Shown here one piece after another: positions 37,956 through 49,254 of a stretch of DNA of 64,000 nucleotides. The notes below the pieces were generated by a model. It saw only the letters and a program-made list of their open reading frames with translations, was not told the DNA's origin and made no database searches. Where the stretch lies: positions 1,066,796 through 1,130,795 of the forward strand of contig NW_005434665.1 in the NCBI RefSeq assembly GCF_000315625.1, given 5' to 3'. The stretch is from Guillardia theta CCMP2712 (taxonomy: Eukaryota; Protista; Cryptophyta). The number at the start of each line of letters is the position of its first letter. Position 1 is the first letter of the stretch. A program made the translations under genes and the position numbers.

Positions 37956-38596
37956 ATGACGAAGACATCAATCTTTCTGGTTGTTCTTGCAGTTGCGGCA
38001 ATTATGCCCGACAACATGTTTGTAAATGGTGCCATCCCACCAATCAAGCAAGACTCCTTCAAAGAGTTCCACATCGTCAAGAACGTGGACGATTCTCAAG
38101 AAGTGACTCTGGATTCCCACACTTGTCAGTTCACCTACAGGTGAGTTCTTCTCTTGCTCTACTTGTCACATCCTCCTCTCTTCCCACTTGCTTCGCCATG
38201 GCGCTTTCTTCTAAACACCTCCTCAGGGCGATGAACTCCGCCCATGGCGAGCTTTGGAGGATCGAGATGCAGCACGATCACGGACAGTACACTTGCATCA
38301 TAGAGGATCAAGACAAGAACCCTCCTCACGCCTCCTTCCTCGGATTCTCCGCTCATCTGGTCGGAGCGAAAGACAACACCTTGTTGATGCACGAAGTTTG
38401 GAACCACCAGGTACTGAAGCAACTCTTCCGAGCGCGCGACGATTGTCGCTGATGTGTGCATTGTCTTGCCTGATTTCTCTGCGATCAGGGAGTCTTGCTG
38501 GAGTCTGACGGATACATCGAGGAGGGCAACTCGGTTCGGAGTGATTCCCACTGGAACTTGGGTGGGTTGAGCCGCATCGTGATCAAGGGGCGGTGA
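37956..38596 (+). CDS. Secreted/ER MYDGF (UPF0556)-like protein
   Basis: Signal peptide, then TCQFTY|RA...ELWRIEM...YTCIIE...FLGFSAHLVGA...LSRIVIKGR*, which parallels the MYDGF pattern TCxFTYA...EQWQM...FTCTI...FxAxVxGA...LSKLVI. Confidence 0.72.
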
Positions 38597-38872
38597 TTGG
38601 AGGAAGCTGAGGAGGACAATGGGGTCATGTAGGATGGTGTGATGAAGAGAGGGAGGGAGGGAGGGAGGGAAGGGAAGGAGGAGGAGGAGGAGGAGGAGGA
38701 GGAGGAGACATGAACATAATGTACAATGATCATACCACCGTGCATACCCCTACCCCCAAGTCCTTGTCATTATCATATCACACCGGTACTTTGATATGGA
38801 TATCGATGGGTCCATTTACTACCCTACCCATGAGAATGTGGTCCACCCTTTGCCCGATGATGCAGTGAAGGC

Positions 38873-39690
38873 ATGAAGCTAGGGGTAACGCTCCTCCTCC
38901 TCCTCCTCCTCGCCATCCTCCTCCCGGCCAGTAGATGCGGCTCTCCCTACAGGATCCTCCTCGACCTGGTGGAGGATCTTGACAGAGACGGAAGTTTCGT
39001 GGAGATAGGGAGCGATAGAGGAGAGGGCAGCACGGCGTTCTTGTGGAGCCTGTCGTCTCAACTGGGGTCAGACTTCTTCTCTGTGGACTTTTCTCAGGAG
39101 GGATACGAGAACGCAAGACGTGTGTGCAGCGAGTGTGCTCATCGTGAGCTCGGAGAGCAGTTTCTCAAAGAAAATTTCCCCAACCTCTCCAACTTCGGGC
39201 GAGTTTCCTTTGCCTACCTGGACAACTACGATTGGATCTGGGCAGGAGAGCACCCGGACAGCTACAAGCATGTGTATCCTACCATGATCTCCGATCATGA
39301 TCTCAGCCAGTACAAGTTCAAGATGAGGAAGGAGTACGAGCAGCAGGGGCTGACGCTTAACAACCAGAAGTCCCAGGAAGCGCATCTGGAGCAAGCCAAG
39401 GTCGTCGATAGGTGCACCAGAGTCCCCTTGGGACGAGGAGCACTCACATTGTTCTCCTCTCAGACTCTGCACTGATCGTTGCATCATCCTCTTCGACGAC
39501 ACTTTCCAGATCGGTCAGCCATGGGGGCTGCCGCCTCGTGAGTCGGACTGACTTTTCCGACGGCAGGAGGAGGTCGATACAGCGGTAAAGGAGGAGCCGC
39601 GCTCCGCTACTTGTTAGAAGGCAATCGTTTCGAGGTGAACCCGTCCTGCATCTTCATCCTCATCCTCATCCTCGTCCTCGTCCTCTTGCC

Positions 39691-39721
<31 letters not shown>

Positions 39722-40713
39722 GCTCCTCCCTCCTCCTCTCACTAGTTCGTCGGCACAGGTCATCATGCAGTCCAGCCCGAGCGCTCCTTCCTACGATGGC
39801 TTCGTCATGGTACGCAAGCTCGCAGTCTCGGACGAAGGCGGCCCAGAGCCTCGCCCTCAGTCGGAGGCGGACGCGAACGGCAGCTCTGCCCGTGATAGCG
39901 TCCCGCAGCTACAGCTGTTGTCACCAGGAGACAGGTCAGGGGTCAGCTGCTGTGCAGCACAGGTTGTGGTGGAGATGACTGGAGCGGTTCAAGACTGGCA
40001 CACACTGGTCTTGCCCTGCTGTGTTGGAATCAACACTGACCGAGCAGTGGGCAGGTGGTTTACGTGGACTACCTAGAGACGTTCAGGAAGATAGACTGGA
40101 GTGAGGAGCAGATGCGAGGGACGGGAGAAAAGGTGAGAACGAGTCGTTGATGCCGCCTCTAGTAGCAGTGAGAGCTTGCTCAGGTCAAGTTCGAGGTGTT
40201 CTACGATGAGCGGAAGCATAAGGTGCAGGAAGAGGAGGAGGAGGAGGAGGAGGAGGAGGAGGAGGAGGAGGAGGAGGAGGAGGAGGAGGAGGATGGTTTT
40301 GTGATCGAGTGACGTTTTGATCCTCAGGACAAACCGGTCACAGTTAGCTTTCACATCGTCATGCCCTGCGCAGAGGTATGACTGGAGCTCCCCTCCAGAA
40401 TACCCTCTCATCCTACCTCTTGTTTTCTCCTTCTTGTGCTCTCCTCTACCTCTTCCTCCTCGTCCTCCTCTCCTTGTTCCCTTCTCTACATCTTCCTCGT
40501 CCTTCGCTTTCATCGACATCATAACTTTTCATCACTCGAGCCTTATATTCATCATCTTCTAAAACCTTCTCTTCCTCTTCTTCCCTTCTCCCTCACGAAG
40601 AGTTCCCTCTTTAGCATCTTGTTTCCCCCCACTGATTTGTCTCACAGTCTTCTGTTGACTGCTTGGATCTTCAAGTTATCAGCAACTCGACTTTTCAATT
40701 CAACTTCCAGTAA
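38873..40713 (+). CDS. Signal-peptide class I SAM-dependent methyltransferase-like protein with C-terminal extension
   Basis: FVEIGSDRGEGST (motif I), FAYLDNYDW, ILFDDT and YSGKGGAALRYL. Leader MKLGVTLLLLLLLAILL. Confidence 0.75.
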
Positions 40714-40779
40714 ACCAATCCTCCTCCTCCTCCTCCTCCTCCTCCTCCTCTTCTCAACTTTTCCTCGTTTTCTTTTTTA

Positions 40780-43700
40780 TTACATTGCGATACGAAGCTT
40801 CGCTAGCCACTGCAAGTAAGAATCGTTGTCCATGGGAACGAACTGCGACTTAGTCAGGAAGTGGGAGAAATCTTGAGAAGAGCGGGGGAGGAGAAGGGAA
40901 AGGGACAAGGCAGGAGAAGAATGAAGATAAAAGTGGGAGGAGACGGGAAGAGTGAAGAACGGGATGGAGGCAGAGAAGAGGAGGAGTGGAGGGTGTGTGG
41001 GGAGGGGAGGAGGAAGAGAGAGAGGCGGGAGGGTTCTCCTTCACCTTTTTCTGCAGGAGACCCTTGACGGCTTCTGTCAGGGTGCCAACGACGCCTGCGA
41101 GCAGCGATGAGGCAAAAAGGGAGAAGGAGCAAGGAAGAAGACGGAGGTGGCAGGGGAGGGGGGAGGGAGAGAGTAGCGTTTTAGGCCAGGGAGAATAGGG
41201 AAGAGGGAGGAGAGNNNNNNNNNNNNNNNNNNNNNNNNNNNNNNNNNNNNNNNNNNNNNNNNNNNNNNNNNNNNNNNNNNNNNNNNNNNNNNNNNNNNNN
41301 NNNNNNNNNNNNNNGAGGAGGAGGAGAAGGAGGTTGGTAGTGGAGATAAAATCATATTCATCTCAACCTTGATGTTTGACAGCAACGTCTGTCTCACAGG
41401 CTCGAACTCAACACCAGACACCTGACGACCAGTGAGAAAATCGAGTAAAACAAAGAGCGAAAGTCAGGCACCTGAGATCCACTCCATACAAACACTTGAG
41501 TGTGATGATCCATAAAGACAATCTGTACAGGCTGTAAGCAAGGTAGATACAATAGCGGGTAGAGACAGGCCATGCGGGAGAGAGGGAATGAGACAAAGAG
41601 GATAGGATGATGTTGTTGATGAGGAAGAAGGAAAACAAGAAGACGGAATCTTGAGAGGTTAGGAGGAGGAGGAGGAGGAGGAGGAGGAGGAGGAGGAGGA
41701 TATCCATCTATATTTTACCCGGTCAGGCAGAAGCGAGGTGTCCTCAACCGGCAATTCCTCGAACTGCAAGACATTCTACCACCTCGTCACTTCATCTCTT
41801 GAGCACCGTCGCAGCAAGATAACCTGCTCGTTGAGGGTGCACGAGAAGAGCTGGGGGGAGAGGATGCGGAGAGACTGAGGGAGCTATCAGCATGTTGAGT
41901 TGTGAAAGAAAAGACTCACGTCCTCGAGGTTCGACTTCAAGAAGATTCTTCTCAACACGTTCTGATAGCAGGCTCCCAGTCAGTGACGAGCTGAAGGAGG
42001 AGGGAGAAAAAGTCGGGAGGGAAGGTGGGGAGAGATATATAGCGCTGTAGTGAGTGAGAACAGAGAGAGGAAAGAGAGGAGAAGAGGGGAGATATGTATG
42101 TATGTATGTATGCAGGGAGGGAGGGAGGGAGGGAGGGAGGGAGGGAGGGAGGGAGGAGGTAGCCGGGCAAGAAATGCTCTAACCGCATCATCCTCACTGT
42201 TGAGAATGGATCCGAGGAGAGGGCCGTTCTGCGCGAAGAAGAGGTACTTAGGAAGGCCCTGGAGCTGAGCGGGGAACGTGGACATTCTGCCTCCTATTGT
42301 GACCTTCACCTGGTCGCTCCAAGTCTGAGCGATGGTCTGGACCCTCTGATTCAGTTGAGCCTTGACATCCTCGAGAGAGGAGGAACCGTCCTTGACCTCA
42401 GCCACGGCCTCCTTGGCGAGCACAACAGCAGAGGCGGCGACGTCGACGGCATGGAGGAGGTTGGCGGTGTTGTCGGTGACTGGGATCCTCATGGTGCTCG
42501 TCCGCAAGACTCTCTCATCGTTGTGGGTTGAGTGGGCAGTGACGACTTGGAAGTAGATGTACTGGTCGTGAACGTCCTCCTTGAGCGAGTAGATGACGGT
42601 GTAAGAGCTCCTGCCCTCCACGCTCGGGCTGATGGCGAGGTTGGGCAAGTCTTCAGCCATCTCCTCCTCCTGTCTGGTCGCAGGGTCGATGAGGGGCCCG
42701 ATGATCCTCAGCACCTCCACACAAGCGCTCGCATGGATGTCAACAACTCCTGATGTCCGCCCTCCCGTCCTGTACATCCCGTTCACGAGGTCACTCTCGA
42801 ACGCTTCCCCGAAGTGGAGGTGGTTCACAACTTCTCCCCCGCACGTCATCGTCATTGCCTGCAGCTTCTGCACCCCGATGCTCAGCATGGACACAACCAG
42901 AACGTCGGTAGAGATCCCCAGCAGCCTCGTCCTGTGCCCGACCTTTCCAAAGTACTCCGTCGCCTGCTGCTCGCTCGGGCTCATCCCTGCTGCCTCCGTG
43001 CTTGCCTCCACCTCAAAGTCTTCGCTGCCAGGGCCGATGGTCGGAGGGCCTCCTAGCACAAGCGAGACGTGTCCCTTCCCTCCTTGAGGAGAGATGCCAT
43101 CGTCGGCGTTGGCATGGAAGGAGTTTCCATGCAAGGAGGCAACAATGGCGACGGCAGCTTCGACGGCAGGGCCAACACAGCGAGAACGAGCTCTGACCCT
43201 CTTGCCGTCGCGTACAGGAGTCTTCAAGGACCTGATGATCGAAGAGATGGTGTTGAAACAAGCATGCAGGGGAGCAGCAAAGACAGCCCCAGTGTTCCCC
43301 AACATGTTGAGGTCATACTGGGAGGGGGAGCGGGTCCCAGGAAGGATGAATGCTGTTGCGCACTCTTGCTTCGACAGGTCGTACACCTTGACGACGGCAT
43401 CGAAGGTGATAAAGCCGATCTCCTCGTTCTTGTCCAGCACGCTCAAAGCTTTCAGCAGCGAGTCCTGCAGCTCGTCGAGGTCCTTTTGCCGCATTGCAGT
43501 ATCGATCACGAGCATGGTGACTTTCCTCTTGACCTGCGTGGAGATCGAGCCAACGGTTGGCTCCACGTACTCAATCACGGCGTCTCTGAGCTCCCGGCAA
43601 GACTCGATCGCGTCTCTTCCCTTCCTGCTCGGCAAGGTGAGTCATCACAACGCAGCAGCACGCAGAAGCTCACAGATCCTCCGACTTGTTGATCGCCCCG

Positions 43701-44263
43701 CAGAAGTTGCATGCCCATCGACCCGTGTTGGACTCCACAGCGATGTAGAGGTTCCTGACTGCCCCGCACGACTGGCAACGTTCAGCTGCCTTGCGAAGCC
43801 ACCGATTGCTGTCGTCGGGGGCAGCAAAGGGGGAGACGATAAAGCCAAAGGGCAGGCCTCCCTTGGTCAGGCTGGACCTCGTAGGGACGGCTCCTGCTCT
43901 AAGTTCAGGAGGACGAAGCAGGGAGCTGTAAGTTCGTCACCGCATGTGTTCCTCCAATGCTCGTCAACTGTGTTTCCAAGAATCTCCTTGGGCGGTTCGG
44001 GCGCCTGCTCCATGCTTTGAGAGGGGGCCAGAATGGTGGGCGAGTACTCACCACGCGTCCTGCATGCTCTTGCGACTTCAATGGAGTGGAGGCCGCTGGC
44101 TGCGCTTGGGCTGTTGGCTCGACTACTGGGAGCATCGACCTGAAGCAAGAAGGGAATCAATGACAATCAGTGTTACTTCTTGTATCAATGACGACCGTAA
44201 TCTTCAAGTAGATCTGACGGCTACATCGAGCGTCTACTACTAACTCGCGCTCACAAACACCAT
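40780..44263 (-). CDS. Sec23/Sec24-family COPII protein (divergent Sec23-like)
   Basis: Zn finger (CGGF...WACNFCG), IEYV, trunk vWA LVIDT...IGFITFDAVVKVYDL...GGPPTIGPG, beta-sandwich YIYFQ...RVLRTST, and C-terminal DNDSYLQWL. Start exons are inferred and the gene spans an assembly gap. Confidence 0.85.
41215..41314. other. Assembly gap (100 N)
   Basis: Run of N flanked by GA-rich low-complexity sequence. Confidence 0.99.
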
Positions 44264-44478
44264 GCTGACTATATAAGACCTAGATGCTAACGCCACTCCC
44301 TTGACTTAGGGGATGCCCTGTACTTGGTTGACTGTCTCGCAGGCTGGTACTCTCTTCCTCGCCCCATCCCTCCTCTCTCTTGATTCTGCTTCCTTCTCTC
44401 TTTGTTCCTCTTTCTCCTCCCTCCCTCCCTCCTCTCCTCCTGCATGCTTATCTGACTATCTGTCTGTCTGTCTGTCTA

Positions 44479-44512
<34 letters not shown>

Positions 44513-45251
44513 TTCACCTTTCCCACTCCCCGCTCTCGTTTTCTGCATTGCTGGCGTCATACTAACCACCCGGATAACGTCTTGTAACCGTGTATAACGG
44601 TTTCTCACATTCGAATACCACCCCACTGTGACCAGTGGGTAGGGTTGAAGAATTCAGAGGGGGTACAGGTTCTGAATATTGCTTATTGGCGGGACGAAAG
44701 GGGGGGTGTATAATAGTAAATATGAGGGTAGGGGTCAAGAAGAAAACTAATAAGGGTGGGGGTCATGGTTTGTTTCCCGCGCCTTCCATGCAGATTTTCA
44801 AAGCGTTGGGGTTGAGATGCGCAGAGGAGGATGAGACTAAACGTGAGAAATGAAAGATGAGTTGCAACAACATGAAAGAAGATGGTGATGGTGAAAGTGA
44901 GAATATTTTGTGAGAAATGCTCGAGGAAGATCACATCATATGAAGAATTTGTTTAGGGATGAAGTGGATCATTAATATGAAAGTGCTGCACTGAAGTATG
45001 AAGAAAGCATTTCACCTTTGCTTGAACGTACACAAGAATAGCCCTAGAGCAAGAACATTATGACCACAATATTGGATTGGATGTGTCAAGATATGCGTCA
45101 AAAGCTTGTTCACTGTTGACGCATACCAAGCGCCTGACCCAGGCCATAGCATTATTCCAGTGTAAAACATTGAACATCAGCAAGATTATAAAACAACATT
45201 GCTGAACACTCCGCAGATCTTCAGCAAAGGCATCTTTCATATTCGCCTGTC

Positions 45252-47547
45252 ATGCCGACGCAAAAACAAGGCAAGGCCGTCAAGGCAAGTGGGAGCTCTG
45301 CCCCACCCGTGAACGAGCATGTTGCCCTTGAGGAGGAGCGCATGCAGGTCATCAGCGCTTGGATGTACGAGCATTGCTCTCGCTACGGGCTGGATGAAGC
45401 CTTGCAAGGTAATCAGCCTGTTCTTGTGGCTTCTCCCGTGACAGATTGGCTCAGGTCTCATTCAAAGCATGTCACGGAAGTACCACATCACACACGAGAA
45501 ACTAGCTGAGAAAGCAGATCCCATTGGCCAGCTGCGACGATGGATCGAAGCTCGGGAGGTGATTTCTTTGCTCATACCGTGCTTATTGTAAGTTTTCTTT
45601 CTCAGTTCAACCTGGCCCTCCGAGAATTTGATTTTGTATGCACTGACGATGATCTGGAGAAATCCCCTGGATCCGTGTTCTGGCGAGCCTTCAATGAGCT
45701 CAAGATTCAGGCAGCATTGAAAGAGCTGAAGAGCGACAGCATGGATTTGGAACAGTTTCGTCAGAACGTGCAAATGTTGTTTCCTTGGCAAACCAAAAAC
45801 AAACAAGATGAAAACTTCAAAGAAGTGAATGCTTTTCGCAGTGACAGTCTTTCTATTTCAAAGAAAGATCTACCAAAACTATTTGGTGCGTAACAATACC
45901 ACCTTATTGAATCTAGCTTACTTGATCTTTTCCAGCGAAATATCCCGTGGAGAATTTGGATGCTGTCATGAAGGAATTTTGGACACATCTCGCCAGCACC
46001 CAGAAACCAACAATGCTTGAGATCATTGCCAGAGATATCAGCTCCGGAAAATATGCACCAAGTTTCAGCAAACAATCCGACCCAAAACAAATTGTAGTTG
46101 ACGAAAAGGATCAAGAGGAGGCAGGTGACCCTGAAAGTGCTCCAGTGCCTGTCCAAGAAGAATCCAAGACATCACGCCGTACGCGGGCCATCAACAAGAA
46201 AGACGAAAACTCAAAAGTTGCGGAAATTGAAGAAATTCCCAGTGAGAAGCAAACTCAAGTGGCTGTGAATGCTGAGGCTGAAGAGGACAATGCGAACGAG
46301 GACAAGGACGCCTCACGTGCATATTTTGACATGTCTGCATGGGACCTTCGTGATGCCCTCAGATTAGCTTGTGGACGAGACGACGAGGGGGACTGGACTG
46401 AAATACATCAGGTGCTGTCTGTTTGTTCTTTGATTCTCCTTGATTTCGTTTCTTTCTTTCGAACAGCAAGTCCATCCTGACGTCGTAGAAGTTCTGAAAG
46501 AACTCTCCGGCCGCAAGGGAAAGCCAACCAAGCAGCAGGCATCTGAAGAAGTCCAACATCCAGCAGAAGATGAATCTGCTCCTGAAAAAGCAGCAAAAGC
46601 AAAGTGGACGATGCATTTTCTACCTGTTTGGCTTTGACTCGATTTACCAGGAATACCGAATCTGCCGCTGCGTCAAAACGCTCCAAAGCAGCAGAAAAAG
46701 TGCCAAGTGATGATGAAGTAGAATTCGTGCAGCCCAAATCTAGGGCTGCCAGGAAGCATCGAAAACGGCAAGAAGAGGAATCAGAGGAAGAAAATGCTCC
46801 GTCTGGTGGCAAGGAGAATGCAAATCCTCGTAAGAGCAGTCGTACCACGCCAAAAAAAGCAGCACAAGATGTGTCCGCTGAGGATGCGGTACTTATCAAA
46901 ACTTTGCGAGAGAAGAGAAGGTGAGATGTCAAACCTGAATGCGACGTTCTGATTTGGTTGCAAGCGATCTTTTGAGCAAAGGGAAGGATCCCTTAGAAGA
47001 AGTTTTGCAGCAGAGCAATTCGACCACGACTAGAAAATCCCCAGCAAAGTCAAAACGAAAAAATCTTCTCGACCCGCCCGATGAAGGCAAGAGTTTGCAA
47101 GTGAGCCAAGACCAAAGTTGCTTTCTCGTATGGTTGACACTTGTGGCGGAACAGTGGGACACAGATGACGAGAGCGACGAAGCCATCAAGTTAGCCACTC
47201 CCAAGAACGACTACCGACCTAAAGACTTCACGAATCAAGACTCCACCCCTCAGAAGCGGAAAGCTGATGCGGCTGGTAAGGGTTATATCAGATGGACGGC
47301 TGAGGAGGAGGAGACCTTGCGGAAAGGGATTGAAAGGTCTGACTGGTGTCAACGATCCTCCCAGCACTGATCGTCCGTGTTCAGGTATGGGCCGAGCAAA
47401 TGGACAATGATCTTGTCAAACTTCGACTTCCATCCTTCTCGCTCAGCTGTGGACCTGAAAGATAAGTGGCGAAATCTTCAAAAGTAATCTCCTCGCACAT
47501 TCGAAATCCTCTCACGAATTTGTAGGAAACAACGAAGCAGCATGTAA
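45252..47547 (+). CDS. Telomere-repeat-binding-factor-like protein with C-terminal telobox Myb domain
   Basis: Spliced RWTAEEEETLRKGIE|RYGPSKWTMILSNFDFHPSRSAVDLKDKWRNL contains the telobox LKDKWRN. Confidence 0.82.
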
Positions 47548-47884
47548 TTTAAAATTTTCCTGGACGAGACTTCTACTTCAATAGGTAATTGTGAGTGCAA
47601 GCAATTGATCGATTGTTGACACCACCCAAGTAACAGGAACCTAATCAACTAGCTACAATATTGCTTGCTTGCTTGATTTTCTATTCAATAAATCTAAATT
47701 TTCTCCTCCAGATGCCTTATTTACATGTTTTTTGAAGTAGAATTTCAATGAGCTCATTTGATTCATCATCTGAAAACAAAAATCACAACCCCAACCCCCG
47801 GCTTCGTAACACGAACAGTCATGCAAACAAGAAATAGTGCATTTTCTCAGCAAGCAATTAGCTGACAGGGCTCACCTTGAAGGC

Positions 47885-48649
47885 CTATGGTTCACTTGCA
47901 GCCTCTTCTGCTTCCTTGGGAGGAGCATGCATATCATAATCCTCCATGTCCAGCTGCTGTCACGTCAGAACCTTAACACGATCAAGGGCGAACAAACCTC
48001 ATCGAGGGGGCAGGTGCAGATTGTGTGATCATCAGTGTCTGCTACAACACACTCGCATCCATCCTCGTACTTCATGCTCGTAGGGTTCGGGGGATTGCCT
48101 GGAAACTGCGGCGGGTTCGGCACGAAATTTCTCGGACAATGACAGACAATTTCCTTGTTCACAACCCTGGTGACTTGATCGTATGGCTGCTCACAGACAC
48201 AGTCTCCCTGGAGTTCTGTTGGAAAACAAACATCATATTTGTAATCACATCCTGACGACAAGACCAGTACCTGCATCAATGTTCCATGCCCGCCCCTTAG
48301 CCCAGTCAGGGGTGGCTTGCGGAGGCAAGTAGGTCAAACCATCGTTCTGTCCACCTTTGGAGCCTACAGAGAAGTATCCTGGATGATTCAGGAACATGCT
48401 CCCTTGCCCCAGCTTCTGCATCCTCATCCTCAGCATCCGCTGAGCGCGAGGAAACGGCCGAGCCATCACGAGCTGCAACTTCTCCGAAGCGCGTGGCGAG
48501 TGGAGGAGGGAGGAAGAGACGACGAGGACAAGCAGACAGCCAGCACCAAGAAGAATCCTCAACCTAGAGGAGGAGGAGGAGGAGGAAGAGGAGGAGGAGG
48601 AGGAGGAGGAGAGGAGGGGAGAAGCAGGATCCCTCTCTCCACACGCCAT
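47885..48649 (-). CDS. Small type II membrane protein with Cys-rich luminal region
   Basis: TM ILLGAGCLLVLVVSS; Cys-rich exon GCDYKYDVC...CVC...CHC...CEC...CTC; final exon ends AASEP*. Confidence 0.65.
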
Positions 48650-49254
48650 TGCGAAGAGGCAGCTCAGAACTCATCTCCCTCATATTCAATCTCATCGGCC
48701 GGGCCGGGCCCGGGCCCGGCCCGCTGGTTAAACTCACAGTTGAGTAAACGTTTTCCACGTAGGCTGCTGGCAATGGAGGTGAGGCAGGGAGGCGACGGAG
48801 GAGGAGGAGGAGGAGGAGAAACAGCATCAGCTGCTTCTGGGATGGCAGAGGAGACCTGCAGAGATGTGTAGCAATGACGCGGAAGAGGATGATGTTGTTG
48901 CCTCCATGCCTCTGATCGACGCGATGTTGTTGTACATACTCCGCATGAGTTTGTGCTTGTAGTTGCAATTGAAAGTGATACAGTCATGTTGTCTGGAATT
49001 TTGAGGAGATTTGTGAGTTTCTTTTATATCATCTTCTATGCTGAGTAGAACTCCTGCTTTTCCTGAAGTATGGCTCTTTGTTCTCGTTGATGTGAAGTGA
49101 AAAAACGAGTACGAAATTGTTGTTTGAATATTTCTGAATGAGTGCCTAATAGTTTGAGTATCAGGTTTGAGTTGTTTTCCAATCTCGATCTCTTCAGTTA
49201 TTGCGTTTGTGTTGAGAGCACCGTAATCGCTGGAGCATTGCTGCGGAAAGCAAG

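Noticed and set aside
43069-44020. Long plus-strand ORFs (207 and 308 aa)
   Set aside because: Antisense shadows of the Sec23-like gene.
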